Source: Octopus vulgaris (taxonomy: Eukaryota). Taken from it: 64,000 bases of DNA. Below the pieces are notes generated by a model. The model ran no database searches. It was not told the origin of the DNA and worked only from the letters and a program-made list of their open reading frames with translations. Numbering within the stretch: the stretch's first letter is position 1; each line of letters opens with the position of its first letter. Made by a program: the position numbers and the translations under genes. Where the stretch lies: assembly GCA_951406725.2 (NCBI GenBank), contig OX597821.1, positions 99,572,001 to 99,636,000 on the forward strand. Reading direction: 5' to 3'. Below are positions 56,970-64,000 of this stretch, one piece after another.

Positions 56970-57175
56970 TATTGATTCGACTCAGGTTTGTTCTTATTCC
57001 TGGTAGAAGTTACAATGGTTGTAGGTTACTGCCAGTAACCTTAGGTATCCACATGCTTTCTATAGTCTTTCAAGTGCTTAAAACCCTCCTGATAATCTTT
57101 CCAGGCTCTAAGAGACAAACCTTCTGTAGAAGCTCTACGGGACATTCTATTCCAATCTCCATTCACCATTTTTTT
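56970..57175 (-). mobile_element. R4/Dong-like (RLE) non-LTR 3' fragment in (TAA)n
   Basis: Minus: KKW*MEIGIECPVELLQKVCLLEPGKIIRRVLST*, a short 3'UTR, and AAT repeats on both sides. Confidence 0.65.
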
Positions 57176-58237
57176 ATCATTATTATTATTGTTTTACTTC
57201 TCAGAGCGCTTGGTCTTGTTTGTTCTGGTTGATTCTGTAAAAGCAGACAGCAACCTTTTGTCAGAGGTCTCACAGTATCTCTTTCCACACATTATAAACT
57301 TTGATACTTGGTTGCTAATTATCATGGATGACATTATTATTATCATTATTATTATTTTCTTAAAGCTTGGTATTTGCCTGCTAGCTGGCATGTCTAAGGC
57401 ATTTTTGAAGGTTAATTCTAGAAGATGACGGCTTAGTCATGGTAAATTATGTGTTGAACTTGAATGGGTGGAACTTTTCCTCTATAGATCTTACATTAAT
57501 TTTAAACTAAACTTAAAACCACCAAGTTTAAATGCTACAACATTATGGACATTCCCAAACAGAAAATATCATTGTTACTTAAGCATCTAAAATGCCTGAG
57601 TTAAATATTCTTTACTGATACAAGAGATATATTTTTGTGCTCTTACGGTAGATGCAGCATGGCTGTATGATTAAGAAGCTTGCTTTGTAACCATGTGGTT
57701 TTGAGTTCAGTCCTACTGTGCGGCACTTTGGGCAAGTTCTACTACAGCCCTGGAGTGACCAATGCCTTGTGAGTGAATTTGGTAGATAGAAATTATGTGG
57801 GAAACCTCCTCCACCGCTCTCTCTCTTTAGGTGCCAGTGCCATGTAACATGGACTCGTGCTGGTGCCACATGAATGCACCCGTGCCAGTGGCATGTAAGA
57901 AGCACACTCAGCACACTCAGTAAAGTGTTTGGCATTAGGAAGGACGTTCAGCCATAGAAACCATGCCAAATATGACAACTGATGTCTGGACAGCTTTCCA
58001 GCTGACCAGCTCCTGTCAAACTGTCCGACCCATGCCAGCATGGAAAATGGACATTAATCAGCAAGGATGACAATGACAACTATATATCATCATCATCATC
58101 ATCGTTGTTTAACAACAACACTCTATGCTGATATGGGTTGGACAGTTTGACAGGAGTCGGCCTGGCAGGAACTTGTGCAAGACTTCTGTGTCTGTTTTGG
58201 CCGGGTTTTTATGACTGGATGCCCTTCCTAACATCAA

Positions 58238-58291
<54 letters not shown>

Positions 58292-58679
58292 CGACAATAA
58301 AACTGTCTTTTTTTTAATAGCATGTCAGTTTTGCTTTTGAGATTATCTCCCCTTCTCACATGGCACTAGTCTTAGTTGCCATTTGGTAATTAAGACATAT
58401 TCTGGAGAAGCAAAGATAATTTTAATGAATCAAAAATTTATACTGTATGGTATTTGATAAGCCTGTATTTGTCTATATTGTACAAATGCATGCCTCTGAC
58501 CACTCTGAGTTATTTCACTTAGCTCGTTTTTGTTTATACGTATATACGAGCAAAACGCCCCCCATCCAATGGATGGTGCTGAATTGTCAAACATTTAAAC
58601 CAAATTTTCTCAAAACCACTTGTCAGACCATCCCATAGGCCTCCCCTTTGAGAAACACTGATTTAACCTAAATTTGAGA

Positions 58680-59109
58680 CACCAGCAAAAGAAGAAATAA
58701 AGATAGACTTTTTTTCTATTCCAAAGAAAAACGATTCTATTCACACAAATATGCAACCGAAGAGTTTAAAGTACCAATAATGATAAGGCTGTTGACTAGG
58801 AGAACACAAACATGGTTTAAGCAGTAAGCTTGGCAGGAAAGAAACGTGACTTTAAGCAGTACAAAAACAAAAAAAAATGGAAGGTGCAGTTATGTACAGG
58901 TTGAGGGAAGAAAAGCAGGACAAAAATGGCTTTATCGATCACATTCTCACCTGGAATCGATTTTTGCAAGTTTTTCAAGACTTATACACGCCCTGATACA
59001 GTCGGTATCTACATATCAAATTTGAGCGCAATCAGGTGGAGGATGCTCGAGATCCTAGAAGACACACACACAGACAGACAGAACGGATTTTATATGTATA
59101 TATATGATT
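58680..59109 (-). mobile_element. Probable Helitron/HINE-like element fragment
   Basis: catatcaaatttgagcgcaatc...cagacagacaga...ttttatatgtatatatatgatt terminus typical of DINE/MINE-like elements; left boundary uncertain. Confidence 0.4.
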
Positions 59110-59416
59110 GAGACTTTTGCTGATTTGCTGTGCTTGAGAAGACATGTCAAGCTAAGTGGAATTTTAATCGTGACCAGTACTGGTGACATGTGAAAAGCAC
59201 CTGTGCTGGTGACACATAAAAGGCAGTCATGTCAGTGACATGTAAAATGCACCCAGTACACGCTGTGGAGTGGTTGGCATTAGGAAGGCATCCAGCCGAA
59301 GCCAAACCAAAACAGATTAGAGTCAAGTGCAACTCTTAAGCTTACCAGTACCAGTCAAACTCTCATGCATGCTAGCATGGAAAATGGATACTAAATGCTG
59401 CTGTTGCTGTTGCTGC

Positions 59417-59785
59417 TGAGCAAATGGTCTTCATCCCAGAGCTCGCAAGATGGGAGAAGTCCGAAACGTGATCCTTTGATATTTGTAAGACCCGCAGAAG
59501 AGAAAGCAGGTCAACCCCCGACACCAAGAGCATCGACGGATGGATGAATGCGCATCCAGGCTCAGTGGTTGCCTAGGAAGTCGGGGACAAGAAACAGGAA
59601 GAAAGAGTGAGAGAAAGTTGGGGCGAAAGAGTACAACAGGGGTCGCCACCACCCACTGCCGGAGCCTAGTGGAGCTTTAGGTGTTTTCGATCAATAAACA
59701 CACGCAACGTCCAGTCTGGGAATCGAAACTGCAATCGTCCGACTATGAGTCCTCTGCCCTAACCACTGGGCCATTGCGCCTCCAC
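59417..59785 (-). mobile_element. tRNA-SINE family 3; 5'-truncated copy at 52146-52450
   Basis: Minus head gtggaggcgcaatggcccagtggttaggg...gtttcgattccc; ~300 bp of high similarity between the two copies. Confidence 0.85.
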
Positions 59786-60320
59786 TTGCTGCTGTTGCTG
59801 GCGATAATATATTTGTGTGTATATGTCTTTGTGTTGGTCATCTGTTTCATTGCTTAACAATGGGTGTTGGTTTGTTTAACTCCTTGTAACTTAACAGTTC
59901 AGCCAAAGAGACCAGTAAATTTTATCAGGCGCAAAAAATATGTCCTGGAGTCAACTTGCTTGCCTAAACCTTTCAAAAGCATGGCTACAATTGAATGACT
60001 GCAACAAGTAAAAAGTAAAAGATACGAAGGGGTGCTGAAAATTTCCTGTCTTTAAGGGTATCACAAAAGGCCTTGTTGGAGGCTCAACCATCCACATTCT
60101 TTTACAGGGCTTAGAAAAGGATGGCTGCAACAATTGTGTGAATCTGAGAATACGCTCTCTTTTCTTTTTTACTCTTTTACTTGTTTCAGTCATTTGACTA
60201 CGGCCATGCTGGAGTACCACTTATAGTTGAACAAATCAACCCCGGGACTTATTCTTTGTAAGCCTAGTACTTATTCTATCGGTCTCTTTTGCCAAACCGC
60301 TAAGCTACGGGGACATAACA

Positions 60321-62483
60321 CCTGAACCATCTCCAATCTGCTTCCTTCGATTGGAAGAGAGCAGATTGGAAACCTGTACCACACTGAACTACAGCACCCA
60401 AACTGGCGTGAATTCTACAACTCTGGAGATGTGAATACTATACTCCAGAGTATCCTGGACTCAATATGGGCAGCATGTGCAGCATCAGTGCCACGTAAAC
60501 AAAAAAAGAAGAACCGCCCCAAAAGGGCAATTTGGGAAACTTCAGCGGTCCGACTTGCCAGGAAGGAACGTCGGACTGCTGAACAGGAATACAAGTTGCA
60601 TAAATCAGACACCAACAGGAAGAAGTGGAATAAATCCTCCAACCATCTCAAGCAAGTGACAAAAAATGCAGTGCTTGAATTTGAACAGTGCATAGCAGCC
60701 AATCCTGACAGCAAGGTTTTCTGGAAATATGTGCATTCAAAGCAGAGACCTCACTCTCCAGTGGGCCCTCTTCGCAACCCTCACACAAACCAGATCACTG
60801 ATGACCCCAAGGAATGCGCAGAACTCATTGCCGAGTGCTATGCAAACATATTCACTGTTGAAAGTCAAAATGTACCATCTTCACCATCACTAACAGCAAA
60901 CTCCATAACAACTATGGAATTTACACCTGCAATGCTGCGACGTCACCTTCAAAATAAGTGCAACTATGCCTCCCCTGGTCTCGATGGAGTTACATACCTG
61001 CTTCTCAAACGTGGCAGGCACTTCCTTTTACACCAGCTTTCTATTTTCTTCCAGTACTGTCTCAACAATGGTGCTACTCCGGAGCAGTGGAAAACTGCCA
61101 GTGTCATTCCTCTGTTCAAAAAGGGTGACCGCACATCACCTGTCAACTATCGCCCAGTCAGTCTCACTAGCTGTATTGCAAAACTGATGGAATCGTGTGT
61201 CAGAGAAACACTCTGGAACTTCTGGAGCTCTCACAGTCTCATCCGACCCTCACAATATGGATTTGTCCCTAACTCCAGCTGCAGTGACCAGCTTGTCGAG
61301 TTCCTTGAGGACATTACTCAGATCACTGACAGTGGCTCATGGGTGGATGTTGTCTACCTTGACTTTGCTAAGGCTTTCAACTCTGTGCCACACAAAAGGC
61401 TTATGGTGAAACTCTCTGCAATGGGTGTGGGGGATGACCTTTTTAACTGGTTGAAATCCTTCATCCTCAGCCGAAAGGAGGTAGTCACAGTTCTAGGACA
61501 GCACTCTACACCATATGAGATGTCATCGGGTGTACCACAGGGATCTGTCCTTGGTCCCCTCCTGTTTGTGGCAAACATTAATGACATAGATGCCAATTTA
61601 AAGAATGCCACAGTATTGAAATATGCAGACGACATCAAGCTGTACCTTGAAATCAAGAGGACTGATCCTGATGTCTACAACTCTTTCCTGCAATCAGACC
61701 TAGACACAATGCAGCAATGGATCACAGACTGGCAACTGAAACTGGCTGTGGACAAGTGTACCACCATGCATTTTGGGAGAAAAAACCCTGCGTCCACATA
61801 CTCCCTCCACAACACTGATATCAAGAAATCCTCTTGCGAGCGTGACCTAGGCATCACTGTCAGCAGTGATTTGCGTTGGACAAAGCATATCTCTAAAATT
61901 GTCAAGAAGGCCGAGGGTGTCTTGGCATCACTCAGCAAGACTTTTGTTAGCCGCTCTCCAGCCATCTATTTAAAACTGTATACAGCTATGGTACGACCAC
62001 ACTTGGAATTCGCATCATCAGTTTGGAATCCCTATCTTGCTCAGAACATTGACCTCCTGGAATCTGTCCAGAGACGTGCAACCAAACGCATACCCTCCAT
62101 CAGATACCTACCATATTCTGAGCGCCTTGTTTCCCTGGGCATGGATTCACTGAAGCTCCGGCGTCTGGCGACGGACTTGGTAAACACCCACAAGGTTATC
62201 AACCACCTCACCAACAACAACACTGAACACCTTTTTGATCTCCATGTGTCTAACACACGTGGACATGCCTACAAAGTCAGAAAACAACACAGCTCCCATG
62301 ACTTTTGGAAACATTTTTTCACGCTCAGGGTTGCTGAAGCATGGAATAAACTGCCTGCGTCAGTTGTTGACTGCCATGACACTGCATCCTTTAAGGCCCT
62401 CATGCTTTCCGAAATCCGCCGAAACTACACCTGATTATATATACACTTTAGATGAGTTGTAGTGCACCTGAGCACTGTACACA

Positions 62484-62514
<31 letters not shown>
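60321..62514 (+). mobile_element. 5'-truncated CR1-clade LINE inserted into a tRNA-SINE
   Basis: RT ORF, short 3'UTR with gtgcacctgagcac hairpin and (ATT)n tail. The host SINE is split (...ggacataaca | ataaacataccagcatcggttgtcaagc...). No endonuclease domain is retained, only a FDWKRADW linker remnant at about 60346. Confidence 0.92.
60431..62434 (+). CDS. LINE ORF2 reverse transcriptase and C-terminal region (CR1-like), 667 aa
   Basis: Motifs YRPVSLTS, DVVYLDFAKAFNSVPH, SGVPQGSVLGPLLF, YADDIK, ERDLGITV, VRPHLEFASSVWNPY, TRGH, FFTLRVAEAWNKLP; uninterrupted frame. Confidence 0.95.
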   Translation: MNTILQSILDSIWAACAASVPRKQKKKNRPKRAIWETSAVRLARKERRTAEQEYKLHKSDTNRKKWNKSSNHLKQVTKNAVLEFEQCIAANPDSKVFWKYVHSKQRPHSPVGPLRNPHTNQITDDPKECAELIAECYANIFTVESQNVPSSPSLTANSITTMEFTPAMLRRHLQNKCNYASPGLDGVTYLLLKRGRHFLLHQLSIFFQYCLNNGATPEQWKTASVIPLFKKGDRTSPVNYRPVSLTSCIAKLMESCVRETLWNFWSSHSLIRPSQYGFVPNSSCSDQLVEFLEDITQITDSGSWVDVVYLDFAKAFNSVPHKRLMVKLSAMGVGDDLFNWLKSFILSRKEVVTVLGQHSTPYEMSSGVPQGSVLGPLLFVANINDIDANLKNATVLKYADDIKLYLEIKRTDPDVYNSFLQSDLDTMQQWITDWQLKLAVDKCTTMHFGRKNPASTYSLHNTDIKKSSCERDLGITVSSDLRWTKHISKIVKKAEGVLASLSKTFVSRSPAIYLKLYTAMVRPHLEFASSVWNPYLAQNIDLLESVQRRATKRIPSIRYLPYSERLVSLGMDSLKLRRLATDLVNTHKVINHLTNNNTEHLFDLHVSNTRGHAYKVRKQHSSHDFWKHFFTLRVAEAWNKLPASVVDCHDTASFKALMLSEIRRNYT

Positions 62515-62516
<2 letters not shown>

Positions 62517-63480
62517 AACATACCAGCATCGGTTGTCAAGCAATGTTGGGGAGGACAAACACAAACACACACACACACATACACATATACATATAAATGA
62601 CGGGCTTCTTTCAGTTTCCATCTACCAAATCCACTCACAAGGCATTGGTCGGCTCGAAGCTATAGTAGAAGACACTTGCCCAAGGTGCCACACAGTGGGA
62701 CTGAACCTGCATTCATGTGGTTGGTATTAACCGATCCTCTTGTATTTTCTTTTACCCAAAGCCAGGAACTTTTCAGCAACCCCCTCAACCATATAGCAGT
62801 GTTACTTAAGCATCTAAAATGCCTAAGTTAAATAGTCTTTCTTGATTGCAAAACTGTAATAAAATGTAAATATTATCTTTGTTTATTTTGTGCTCTAACA
62901 TTAGAGATGTGATTATATTAATTTAAACTTGTTATTTGTGCTATGGTTTTGCTTAATGTCTTTTGCATTTTACAGTCTACAGCCTAAGATATACACAATA
63001 AAACATTTCTGAAATCTTTAAAAAAACTCGACATGATTTAATGAATATGGTTAGCAATATACAATCTCTATATGATATTAGTAATAATCGGATTTGTTCA
63101 ACCGATCTTATTTACGAGAAATATAATAATTAAGCTCAATCATTGTATGACGAGTTTAATGTAGTGAGACAGAAATAAAATGGCAACTCTATTTAATTAG
63201 CATCTGACAAAAATGAAGTAAATCTGCTGCAATTTGCTGTGACCATTCAATTTGAGAATTATAATTTGTTATTTTGATTTGAGAATAATAATTCTATTTG
63301 ATAATTATGATTTGTTATTTTAAAAGTATATTTTAAAGGGTATGGCTTTGTGGTAAGAAGTTTGCTTCCCAGCCACATGGTTCCAGGTTCAATTCCACCG
63401 TGTGGTGTCTTGACCAAGTATTTTGTATTATAGTCTCAGGCTTACCAAATCCTTGTGAGTGGATTTGGTAGATAGAAACT

Positions 63481-63607
63481 AAGAATAAGCACAAGGTAAA
63501 ATTACTAACTGCTTTTATAGCAAATTGATGCAGGTAGTTTATCCCATCCCCTTCTGACTTATAGTTCATGCTATTGAAAAAACTGCATTATTTATGGGAT
63601 GACCCAA
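63481..63607 (-). mobile_element. 5' terminal fragment of the same mariner family, including its TIR
   Basis: Matches 51276-51376 and continues into gcattatttatgggatgacccaa, an approximate inverse of the 50137 TIR. Confidence 0.85.
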
Positions 63608-63770
63608 AAGCACCCACTACACTCACAGAGTGGTTGGCATTAGGAAGGGCATCCAGCCGTAGAAACACTGCCAGATCTGACTGGGCCTGATGAAGCCTTC
63701 CAGCTTCACAGACCCCAGTTGAACTGTCCAACCCATGCTAGCATGGAAAACGGATGCTAAATGATGATGA

Positions 63771-63813
<43 letters not shown>

Positions 63814-63816
<3 letters not shown>

Positions 63817-63988
63817 TTGGTTTGAGGCCCAACTTTCCGAGTTCTTTTACAAAGCTTAGAAAAACTGAAGGACCACTGCAATAAGTTTGTGTATCTGAGA
63901 AGGGGAATATGTTCAATAAAATCATAATTAACTGACCTTTCTGTATTTTCTTTTACCCAAAGCCAGGAACTTTTCAGCACCTCTTGTA
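63814..63988 (+). mobile_element. Mariner-type MITE 3' part; related pieces at 60023-60150 and 62728-62785
   Basis: Transposase tail remnant (WFEAQLSEFF..LEKLKDHCNK..) and TIR ccaggaacttttcagcacctcttgta, approximately inverse to tacgaaggggtgctgaaaatttcctg at 60023. Confidence 0.7.
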
Positions 63989-64000
63989 GTGCATGTTGTG

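Noticed and set aside
60415-62256. Antisense and alternate-frame ORFs over the LINE
   Set aside because: Shadows of the RT ORF.

Overview
AT-rich, microsatellite-saturated eukaryotic DNA. The SINE families resemble those I recall from Octopus/coleoid genomes; this assignment is inference, not a search result. Almost all ORFs in the track are simple-repeat artefacts. Host-gene signal is limited to two candidate coding exons on opposite strands: 6384-6636 (-) and 27089-27172 (+). The rest is a mosaic of transposable elements. Retroelements: a young 5'-truncated CR1-clade LINE with an open 667-aa RT ORF nested in a SINE; RTE, L1/Tx1, R4/Dong-like and Penelope (GIY-YIG) fragments; and several tRNA-derived SINE families. 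DNA elements: mariner, DD37D/maT, hAT, piggyBac-like, Tc2/pogo-like and Helentron-like. The most striking signal is invisible to the ORF track: about 13 minimal type-I hammerhead-ribozyme motifs (CUGANGA...GAAAC-palindrome-NUH) from several unrelated small non-coding families. Many lie in fold-back inverted duplications typical of Penelope-like insertions, one is downstream of a GIY-YIG remnant, and one is fused to a tRNA-derived Pol III head. This suggests a set of non-autonomous, ribozyme-bearing, Penelope-mobilised elements, including a candidate Penelope-dependent SINE. All motif calls were made by eye.
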